Numbered from the stretch's first letter, positions 8,462 to 15,732 are shown. The stretch is 32,000 bases of DNA from Pyrodictium delaneyi (GCF_001412615.1 NZ_CP013011.1:240001-272000), one strand, 5' to 3'. The notes: generated by a model from the sequence alone, not told the origin. A program made the numbers and translations.

Positions 8462-10357
8462 CTATCTCGGCTCTAGTGGATAGCTGTTCATATAGCTGAG
8501 CAACCGAGAGATTAGAGCCCAAGCGTATAAGTGTTCGGCCTCGTATATGAGTGTGTTAATACGTGCATTATTGTTCTTTAGTGCATAAAGTAAACGCTCT
8601 ACGTAGTAGTGTTGGACTATACCTGCCGGCTCACCGAGCCTTATAGAGGCAAGGAGTATGTATGGTAGTCGCTCGCTCCAGAGCTCCTCCACACCGGGAT
8701 GTAACGCGAAGAATGTAAGCGAGTACGCTAAACTCTTCACTGCATGATCTATTGCACTAGCAGGATTGCTCTCGAGCTGACGGGCAGCTATAGAAGCTTC
8801 ATATAGAGCAGCATTGGGTAAGTTAGAGCGTGCTTTTCCTGTCACAGATACTAGTAGAGCGTAGCGTGCATACTCTGCAGCTGTATCTACTATCTTCTCT
8901 GCAGCAATTTTCAAGTCCATAGTGCTTCTAGTAGTGTTGCTATCCGCGAGGCCGGAGTCTCTATAGACTTCACTGAGTACAACAAGTACTGCTATAGCCC
9001 GTGTGTAGTAGGATACTGCGCTACTATACTCGCGTATAGCAGCCTCGACGAGTTCAGACCTAGCACCAAATATGTCCAAAGCGTGCTCAATCTTTAGGGC
9101 TGAAGAGATCTTGCTATCACCACTAGCTATCAGCGAGGACGCTCTAGCGTATGCTGCCAGCATGCTACCACTAATGCGTGTCACGTCAACAGTATCTAAT
9201 AGTCTACGTGCCATGCTTCGTAGCATCTCTGCATAACCCTTGGTTATCTGGTAGCCGTTTTTGCCGTACACTAGGTAGACTTGGGATAGCGATGATAGTG
9301 CAGCTGCATAATAGTCTACTGCTACAAAACAGTAACCATTCCTCCTTGCATCTTCTGCAGCATCTATGTAGCCAAGTGCTTGAGCTAATTGCCTTACTAC
9401 TATGTCGCGTAGCTGGGGCCGGTCTATATACGATAGCAGGCTTCGTGCCTCAAGCTCGATTCGGGTAGAGAGCCTGGCAAGATACTCAAGATAATCACGT
9501 AGTATAGGGCACGCACTATCCCAGTAAAGACTCCAGAGGACGGTCCCGACATCGTTGTAGTCTAGACTCTGGTTAAAGAACTCTAGTATGCTGACAACCG
9601 GGATAGCGTTGCTAACCTTAACAGCTTCGGCGGCTACACCACAATCGCTAGACACGAAAGGTCCCATAATGTTGACCCGGCATACACGCGACAGTTCATA
9701 CTCTGAGCCACGGCCATATAGAAGCCTATAGCCAGCCTCCTGTGCACCTTCAGCCTTCACTTCTAGACCGCCTACAGCACCTACAAGCCCATCTAGTCCG
9801 AGCATACCAGTAGCTATGTATCCGTTGCCGACGGGCACTCCAAGGGCACGAAGGAAAGCCAGGTATATCTCAGGGCTAGCGCTGGGACCAGCAACAAGTG
9901 GCTTAGAGCCATTTACCGGCTCTATCCGGACATAGTAGTCAAAGGCCCAAGGACTGTGACCTATAGTTATAGCTGCAAGATAAGCGGCAAACTTTGTAGA
10001 CAACATGAATGATTCGTCGAAACCTACGCCAGTGGCGACAAGGGTTCCATTGCCAGGCTCGACTTGTACATAGACACGATAGAACTGAGGAACGTTATCG
10101 ACGTACCCTATCACGAGGGCTGATGAGGAGCCGTAGCTGGGTTCAAGCTTTGAGCCGGGTACGAACTCTATGGCTATTGATGATATATTTAGAGGTGTGG
10201 TATGCGCTATTGATGAATTTGAGGATCCACCTCCAAGGAGAGGTATTGTGGGCTCATATGCTAGGGCAAGACCCCCCATCACTAGAGCGACGGCTATAAT
10301 GCCGGCTAGGGCTACGAACCAGTCGCCTACAGCTGCTCCAGCTTCATGGGGGGTCAA
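8462..10357 (-). CDS. Membrane-anchored, ATPase-less Lon-type (S16) serine protease domain fused to a ~370-aa alpha-helical domain
   Basis: N-terminal TM helix. 'VEPGNGTLVATGVGFDESFMLSTKFAAYLA' resembles the Lon 'pGkGkl.lTG.lGdvMkES..aA' block. 'AGPSAS' (Lon DGPSAG, catalytic Ser) is followed 42 residues later by 'GGLEVK' (Lon GGLKEK, catalytic Lys). No Walker motifs. TTG start with GGTG 9-12 nt upstream, 15 nt after the stop of 10373-11077. Confidence 0.65.
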   Translation of the reverse strand: MTPHEAGAAVGDWFVALAGIIAVALVMGGLALAYEPTIPLLGGGSSNSSIAHTTPLNISSIAIEFVPGSKLEPSYGSSSALVIGYVDNVPQFYRVYVQVEPGNGTLVATGVGFDESFMLSTKFAAYLAAITIGHSPWAFDYYVRIEPVNGSKPLVAGPSASPEIYLAFLRALGVPVGNGYIATGMLGLDGLVGAVGGLEVKAEGAQEAGYRLLYGRGSEYELSRVCRVNIMGPFVSSDCGVAAEAVKVSNAIPVVSILEFFNQSLDYNDVGTVLWSLYWDSACPILRDYLEYLARLSTRIELEARSLLSYIDRPQLRDIVVRQLAQALGYIDAAEDARRNGYCFVAVDYYAAALSSLSQVYLVYGKNGYQITKGYAEMLRSMARRLLDTVDVTRISGSMLAAYARASSLIASGDSKISSALKIEHALDIFGARSELVEAAIREYSSAVSYYTRAIAVLVVLSEVYRDSGLADSNTTRSTMDLKIAAEKIVDTAAEYARYALLVSVTGKARSNLPNAALYEASIAARQLESNPASAIDHAVKSLAYSLTFFALHPGVEELWSERLPYILLASIRLGEPAGIVQHYYVERLLYALKNNNARINTLIYEAEHLYAWALISRLLSYMNSYPLEPR

Positions 10358-10372
10358 GGCTAGACACCGTGC

Positions 10373-11077
10373 TCAGCGCGAATGACATCGTAGACAATCA
10401 TCAACGTTAGTTACAGGCTTGAGTGAAGCATGGCAGTGGAAGCAGCCGAATCCTTCTACACTTGCACGAAACGCGCTTGCGGGTATTGGTATTTCCCATA
10501 GTGCTTGCTGTGAATGACACTGGCCACACACTATTACGCCGCGCCGGTACTGCTCAAGAGCATAACTGTGGAACCCGCCATGACTTGACCGGATATTCTG
10601 CATATTGTGGCAACTGAGACAATCGCTAGGTGTAGGCTTAACCTCGTGGCTAGAGTGGCAAATAGTACAACTCTTAGCTGTCGATATTACGCGGAAATGA
10701 ACAACGTGTATTGCTTGTTGCTGTAGTGTCACCGGGCTATGACAGCTTGTACACTCCTGCTCCATTCTCATCTTGCGTGCCTGGAGCTCATACATGTCGA
10801 CACGGATAAAACCCATCTCGGCAGCTATACCCCTAACATACATTGATAACGGTGGATCATGACATCTTGTGCATTTAAAGTTCTCGTGAGGAGTTCCCTG
10901 AAGTTGCTCGGCAACAGAATCCATTAGATGGCACGAGCGGCAGAACCCATTAACTATATTGGTATCGTTCCCACTCCACATAGCATATACACTCATGATT
11001 ACGACTGCAAACGTTATTGCAGATACTGCTATCATTCTTCTACCCTTTATAAGCTGTACTAGCCCAGACCCGTTCAT
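10373..11077 (-). CDS. Membrane-anchored octahaem cytochrome c, NapC/NirT/NrfH-type N-terminus (paralog 2)
   Basis: TM helix IAVSAITFAVVIMSVYAMW, then FCRSCHLMDSVAEQLQGTPHENFKCTRCH. Eight CxxCH sites in 234 aa: CRSCH, CTRCH, CTSCH, CTICH, CLSCH, CGQCH, CFHCH, CLRCH. ATG preceded by AAAGGTGA. Confidence 0.85.
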   Translation of the reverse strand: MNGSGLVQLIKGRRMIAVSAITFAVVIMSVYAMWSGNDTNIVNGFCRSCHLMDSVAEQLQGTPHENFKCTRCHDPPLSMYVRGIAAEMGFIRVDMYELQARKMRMEQECTSCHSPVTLQQQAIHVVHFRVISTAKSCTICHSSHEVKPTPSDCLSCHNMQNIRSSHGGFHSYALEQYRRGVIVCGQCHSQQALWEIPIPASAFRASVEGFGCFHCHASLKPVTNVDDCLRCHSR

Positions 11078-11112
11078 GATTGTTCACCTTTAGCTGCTAG
11101 CATCTATGCTTG

Positions 11113-11120
11113 TAAATTAT
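11113..11120 (-). promoter_or_regulatory. Candidate TATA box for the 10373-11077 / 8462-10357 / 6483-8444 unit
   Basis: Minus-strand ATAATTTA lies 36 nt upstream of the ATG at 11077, inside a ~590-bp AT-rich divergent intergenic region. Confidence 0.35.
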
Positions 11121-11590
11121 GTACTGTATTAGCTTCCTAAGTCGGTCATTCTCCATTCTTCTCTATCCCCACAGTTCATGTTTTTTATGATGCGTGCAAA
11201 AGTGCTGTGTTCTGTACGAATTCGGAGCTGTCAGCATGCAATGCCATTATTAATTATTTTACAATTACCTTCATGTAATTTTGCGGGCTACAAGCTACCC
11301 TTAAATAATCCTATTCCCGTATAGATATAAAAACGCATAAAAAATAAATAAATAGCTGTAAACACTCCGCTTAACAGCTATTTATACCATTAGCATAGTT
11401 ATGTCGTTGTAAAATTTGCAAGCACCTACAACTGTCTACGTTGTTTGAATATAGTGAGATATACAATGATAGATGCGCGATAGGAGGCTGTTGCAACACC
11501 CTATGTGCCGAGGCAAACATTATGTTAAATTGATGCATTTCTTTATTAAAATTACTGTAACATGATAAATGCGATAAATGGGAGATAGTA

Positions 11591-11596
11591 TTTATA
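11591..11596 (+). promoter_or_regulatory. Candidate TATA box for cytochrome gene 11665-12591
   Basis: Consensus TTTATA preceded by the purine-rich GGAGATAGTA (BRE-like), 69 nt upstream of the ATG. This implies a ~45-nt leader carrying GGGGGAT. Confidence 0.35.
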
Positions 11597-11664
11597 CCCA
11601 AATACGGCATCAAAACCTAATGAGAGTGATGAATGGTACGAATGATGTTAAACGGGGGATAAAA

Positions 11665-12591
11665 ATGAAGGTTCGCACCTCCCTAGTTGGGGCAATAACT
11701 CTCATAGCCATATTAGCTCTAGTAGCATCAGCGACGCCGGCTGCGGCTAGCGAAGCGCTACTCCGTGACCATCCAACAGTATGTTATGGCTGCCACTCAG
11801 CAAACATAACAGATACAACTGTAGGCCCACACGACGTGAAGGCAGCCGAGAATGCATGGTTCTACTGTCTAACGTGTCATTCTAGTGCAAATAACACTGG
11901 CCTCTGGAGCGGTTCAATATGGGGCACAAACTATGGCGAGCCGGCGCCGGCCGCTGGCGACTACGTACCAAATAGCGTACATGGACAGATAGGCTGTAAG
12001 TGCCATACAATAGTGCACGCAGGCTTCAACATAAACCCGACAGTCGGTGCTGGCGTGTGGATGTACTACTATCTACCAACAGTAAATGGAGGTGCAGCGG
12101 CACCGAATCCAAATGACCTGGTAAAGTACGTAACATTCTATAACGGTACTGGATTCTACACAAACGACACCAGCACTGCAACAGTTACCAGTACAACGCT
12201 ACAACTATACTACGACACGGGCACGAGTGCTGTACCAGTAGATCCGACGAATATGACTGACGCCAAAGTGTACGTGGGCTGGTTCTACATAAACGGTAGC
12301 GCGCCTAGCGGTGTCAGCGAGAGGTTCTACATATGTTTCAACTGTCACTTCCTAGTAGAGAGTCCAGCAGGCCTAGGCATGTATAAGATAGAGAACGGTA
12401 TAGTGAAGATAGGTATACCCGCCGAGGCACTGCAGCTCAATCCGCACGCGATAACTGAGGATGCCCTACAGCAGCTACTCTCCAGTGGTGAAGAGGGCTT
12501 CGCTATCGAAGGCTTCCCGGTAGCAGCTGCTGGCATAAACATACTGGCATCTCTGGTACTATTTGCGATCGTACTTTCCCGGAAGAAATAA
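11665..12591 (+). CDS. Secreted, C-terminally anchored cytochrome c (3 CxxCH + 1 CxCH); single-module paralog of 2274-3746
   Basis: The track ORF starts at 11578. The ATG at 11665 (GGGGGAT upstream) gives signal peptide MKVRTSLVGAITLIAILALVASATPAAA. Haem motifs are CYGCH, CLTCH and CFNCH, plus NSVHGQIGCKCHTIVH. The C-terminal block CFNCHFLVESPAGLGMY is homologous to CLNCHFVVDNPSALGAY of 2274-3746. The terminal hydrophobic helix ends in SRKK. Confidence 0.85.
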   Translation: MKVRTSLVGAITLIAILALVASATPAAASEALLRDHPTVCYGCHSANITDTTVGPHDVKAAENAWFYCLTCHSSANNTGLWSGSIWGTNYGEPAPAAGDYVPNSVHGQIGCKCHTIVHAGFNINPTVGAGVWMYYYLPTVNGGAAAPNPNDLVKYVTFYNGTGFYTNDTSTATVTSTTLQLYYDTGTSAVPVDPTNMTDAKVYVGWFYINGSAPSGVSERFYICFNCHFLVESPAGLGMYKIENGIVKIGIPAEALQLNPHAITEDALQQLLSSGEEGFAIEGFPVAAAGINILASLVLFAIVLSRKK

Positions 12592-12605
12592 CAAGGCAGT
12601 TAATA

Positions 12606-12655
12606 TTTTTGTTAATCGATCATCTCTAACATATTTTTGCATTTTGGTGAAACCC
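12606..12655 (+). terminator. T-tract terminator region after cytochrome gene 11665-12591
   Basis: Three oligo-T runs (TTTTT 12606-12610, TTTTT 12644-12648, TTTT 12652-12655) lie within 65 nt of the TAA stop. Oligo-T tracts are archaeal termination signals. Confidence 0.4.
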
Positions 12656-12801
12656 GTGTGATAGTATTGTTTTATCATGTATTCTAGGTACTATTACGGC
12701 AGATGTTGAAAGTATCTACAATAGCGGATAATCCAAATGCTTGTCTCCGCCTACTCCCAGGCTTCATTGTTGCCAGAGGTTAGGGGCATAGGTGCTGTAG
12801 A

Positions 12802-14325
12802 GTGCTGCTGGTTGATGTAGGACTTATTGGGCTGTCTCTCGTAGCGCTGTACTATGTTCTAACCGGTAAGTGGGAGCCTGGATTTGCTTCTAGGTTCACG
12901 TTCATAGCTTTCGGGCTCCTTGCCCTTCTAGGGGAGTACTATGGTGACGGATATGCTGGCATTGTTGTGCCGGTAGCTCTAGCTCTATTGCTTATACATT
13001 TATATGGCTGGGATGTTGCGTTCTATGCGAGTACACTCTATGGTTACTCGTATGGATTAACGATGATCGGCAATAGCTCTGATTGGATGGGCTCGCTTGC
13101 CCTAGGCCTGGTATATTCGGGGTTCGTTGCACTATTTTCTGTGTCTATTCATGTGCCGGGATGTAGAGGCTCGGAGAAGCGCTGTATGTCTGCTATAGTG
13201 TATTCAGGTTTTACGCTTGCAGCCGCCTATGTACTGTATATATTCTCTGCTATAGCCTACATCTCTAGGGTTCCCGACCATCGTGTGCTGTATGGATTCC
13301 CTGTTACCGCTGCTGTATCGATTATCGAGCCTTATGCTGGTATCCTAGCGTCTCTCGTCTACGTAATAGTTGCTGGCATGTGGCTGGGGGTAACTGTGGG
13401 ACTAGCAGCGCTAATGACTGTAGGGTTAGTGCTACTGTTGTATGTAGCCCGTCACTCGCTACTAGGGGGTATTGGTGACGTCAAACCTAGGGTGGCTATT
13501 GCCGGGCTTATCTGGAGCCTCATATCGGTGTGGTTGATGGCGTCTCCTCCGGAGAAGCTAAAGATTGTGGGTATAGTGACCGGACTCGGCCTATATAACT
13601 TTAGTCCAGTAATATATTACTACGTCTTCGGCCGGCTAATACTCGCTCTTGGCGTCATCCTCGTGGAGTTCTTGCTGGTAGCAGTTATGTGGCCCTCTCT
13701 GGGGCAGTTGGGCTTTCTGGCTGCAGGCAGCCTTCTAGCAGCTATTGTTGTCCTTAAGAGGCTCGGCGTAGCTAGGATATTGCCCTATATCGTTGCGGGT
13801 CTTATCGTAGTTGGAGGCTATACTGCTTCGTTGCGCGGGGAAGTGAAGATTCATAGTGGCAGCTATAGTATAACCCCAGGAACTCAGATACAGCTGCATG
13901 GGGTCAATTGTACACTTGACCTCACGGATACGAGGTATAGCAATGGCTGGGCCGAAGCAGTTTACAGCCTCCAGGACTGTGATGGTGTTTTCTGGTTGAA
14001 GTTGAGTGACTTCGAGTGGACTAGTGAGCCAGCACTAGGCTACACCTTGGCTGGAAGCGGTTGCGTCTATGCTATCGACCCGGCGCCGTCGCCTACACAA
14101 AGGGCTGAGGTACAGTTATGGCTGCTTACTGGTACGGAGCCTCGGCTTGAGGATGCACCGGTCGAGCTTATGTATAGGGAGGTGTGTGGTGTAAACTGGG
14201 TAGTTGCTGCTACAGTCATTATACTAATGCTACCGGTCGCCCGACTAGTAGCGGTGCATGCAGAGCGCATTGAAGACCTAGTCCGTAGGATGGTGTGGCG
14301 GCTTGGCTCTGGTAGGCGGAAGTAG
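12802..14325 (+). CDS. Polytopic (~11 TM) membrane protein with Cys-containing C-terminal extracytoplasmic domain and final TM helix; unknown function
   Basis: 507-aa ORF that is almost entirely hydrophobic for ~340 aa. A ~110-aa soluble segment with 4 Cys follows, then a last helix (VVAATVIILMLPVARLV). GTG start with GGTG 8-11 nt upstream. Its 3' end overlaps the next cytochrome gene by 23 nt. Confidence 0.65.
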   Translation: MLLVDVGLIGLSLVALYYVLTGKWEPGFASRFTFIAFGLLALLGEYYGDGYAGIVVPVALALLLIHLYGWDVAFYASTLYGYSYGLTMIGNSSDWMGSLALGLVYSGFVALFSVSIHVPGCRGSEKRCMSAIVYSGFTLAAAYVLYIFSAIAYISRVPDHRVLYGFPVTAAVSIIEPYAGILASLVYVIVAGMWLGVTVGLAALMTVGLVLLLYVARHSLLGGIGDVKPRVAIAGLIWSLISVWLMASPPEKLKIVGIVTGLGLYNFSPVIYYYVFGRLILALGVILVEFLLVAVMWPSLGQLGFLAAGSLLAAIVVLKRLGVARILPYIVAGLIVVGGYTASLRGEVKIHSGSYSITPGTQIQLHGVNCTLDLTDTRYSNGWAEAVYSLQDCDGVFWLKLSDFEWTSEPALGYTLAGSGCVYAIDPAPSPTQRAEVQLWLLTGTEPRLEDAPVELMYREVCGVNWVVAATVIILMLPVARLVAVHAERIEDLVRRMVWRLGSGRRK

Positions 14326-14953
14326 AGAATGGACTAGACGGCAACGCCTAATGCTGCTAGCGTTCATAGTGCTAGCTCTAGTAGGCCTCGTCGAGGCATT
14401 CTATCTAGCTACACCGGAGACGCAACTAGCTGTCTGTAAGAGCTGCCACGCCGACGTTGCAGCGATCCTAGAGGCTGGCAGCCATAGGAGTGTAGCAGAG
14501 GAGCAAGGATGCCGCGTCTGTCACCAGGATGCTGAGCCGCTAACTATACCCGACATGCTATCCGGGAGCTTCCAGGTGAGGGTCTCTACTGGTAGCAGGC
14601 CATGCCTGGCATGCCACTCGGAGATCCCTCATAAGCCGGGACTCCATAGTAGTCATGCATTCGTGTCTCAGAACTTCGGCTGTACAGTCTGTCATGACCC
14701 CCACGATCCTGCGATAAGGAAGCCATGCCTGGGCTGCCACGAGCGCTCGACCATGCTTGAAGCGCACAACTTCATGCACCAGGGAGCTTCCCCCGACTGT
14801 ACTAGATGCCATTTCGGCCCCGGGAAGCCGTCTCCCTACCCCAATATTCCCGGTCATGAGCTCTCAGGTGATGTCAACTGCTTTAGCTGCCATGATGTGG
14901 CTGTAACACCGCCAGACATAGTCCGGGTCGACTGTGCCAACTGTCACCGCTAG
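14303..14953 (+). CDS. Membrane-anchored octahaem cytochrome c, NapC/NrfH-like (paralog 3)
   Basis: TM helix LMLLAFIVLALVGLVEAFYLA. Eight CxxCH sites in 216 aa: CKSCH, CRVCH, CLACH, CTVCH, CLGCH, CTRCH, CFSCH, CANCH. Motif order and spacing match paralogs 1 and 2. TTG start at 14303; the alternative ATG at 14351 would remove the basic N-terminus. Confidence 0.8.
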   Translation: MALVGGSREWTRRQRLMLLAFIVLALVGLVEAFYLATPETQLAVCKSCHADVAAILEAGSHRSVAEEQGCRVCHQDAEPLTIPDMLSGSFQVRVSTGSRPCLACHSEIPHKPGLHSSHAFVSQNFGCTVCHDPHDPAIRKPCLGCHERSTMLEAHNFMHQGASPDCTRCHFGPGKPSPYPNIPGHELSGDVNCFSCHDVAVTPPDIVRVDCANCHR

Positions 14954-14976
14954 AATGCTAGGTGAAGGTCTTGGGA

Positions 14977-15348
14977 TTAATTAATGCCGAGCATCTCTTC
15001 CACTATTGATAATGCTTCCTCCACGGTTGTTCCAGGCTTCACAATCACCACACGGAGTCCCTGGCTCTCCATGAACTCCTTCCCGCCGGGCCCGAACGCG
15101 GTGGCAACTAGATGAGTGCAATCACGGTTTAGCTCTAGTATGCGTCTCCGCTTTTCCCCGTGTCTATGGCCGCCATGATGACCGTGATGGTGGTGCTCGT
15201 GGCCGGCATATGGGTTCTCAACACGTCGAATAAGCCTCCATCCATCCTCTTCACGGACATAATGGAGGTAAAACCGTGCATCTCCGAAGTGCCCTATCTT
15301 AACATGCTGCCCATCATCCGTAGCTATAGCCACGCATACCTGCTTCAT
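14977..15348 (-). CDS. NifB/NifX-type (dinitrogenase FeMo-cofactor-binding fold) small protein with His-rich insertion
   Basis: MKQVCVAIATDDGQHVKIGHFGDARFYLHY... and ...CTHLVATAFGPGGKEFMESQGLRVV are typical of the Nitro_FeMo-Co (NifX/NifB C-terminal) family. The insertion is HEHHHHGHHGGHRHG. Confidence 0.65.
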   Translation of the reverse strand: MKQVCVAIATDDGQHVKIGHFGDARFYLHYVREEDGWRLIRRVENPYAGHEHHHHGHHGGHRHGEKRRRILELNRDCTHLVATAFGPGGKEFMESQGLRVVIVKPGTTVEEALSIVEEMLGIN

Positions 15349-15732
15349 AGCAGACCCCAGGGAGACTACCGAACCACCTAGTCCTCTCTTAGCAGCAGCT
15401 ACGCGTAGTGCAGCAGAGCATCGTAAACGAGCAACCTTGAGAACAGAACAAACTCTACTTGACGATATGATATCTGTTTCTAAGTCACGTGATTATAGGA
15501 ATCTTATGGGTTCCTGATCGCGTGTAACTAGTACAACATCATCGTAAAGAACTGTCGTGTAGAGTATACAGATTGTGTCTGTGTGTCCTAGCGTTTACTA
15601 GTTTGATAACAACTTAAGCATTAATAATAGCTGCTATTCCCTGCCTAGGGCTAGCAGACGCCTGCTACAAGGTACCGGGAATAGGTGGGCAGAGAGAAGC
15701 CACAATATAGTGCTAGGCGTCCGCAGCTGCCA

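Noticed and set aside
8445-8522. N-terminal extensions given by the ORF track (8445-8522; also 11578-11664, 19123-19170, 24986-25057, 26541-26570)
   Set aside because: The longer starts overlap upstream genes or promoter elements. The internal starts give proper signal peptides or N-termini and have GGTG-type sites upstream. Start choice remains a prediction.
11371-11613. 80-aa minus-strand ORF in the divergent intergenic region between the cytochrome operons
   Set aside because: It sits in AT-rich promoter DNA and overlaps the candidate TATA box of the plus-strand cytochrome gene. It has no ribosome-binding site, hydrophobic segment or motif. A real micro-protein cannot be excluded without expression data.
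12802-14325. Idea that the polytopic protein is a CcmF/CcsA-type cytochrome c haem lyase
   Set aside because: I find no Trp-rich WWD motif (WGxxWxWD) and no flanking conserved His pattern. I kept it as unknown function.
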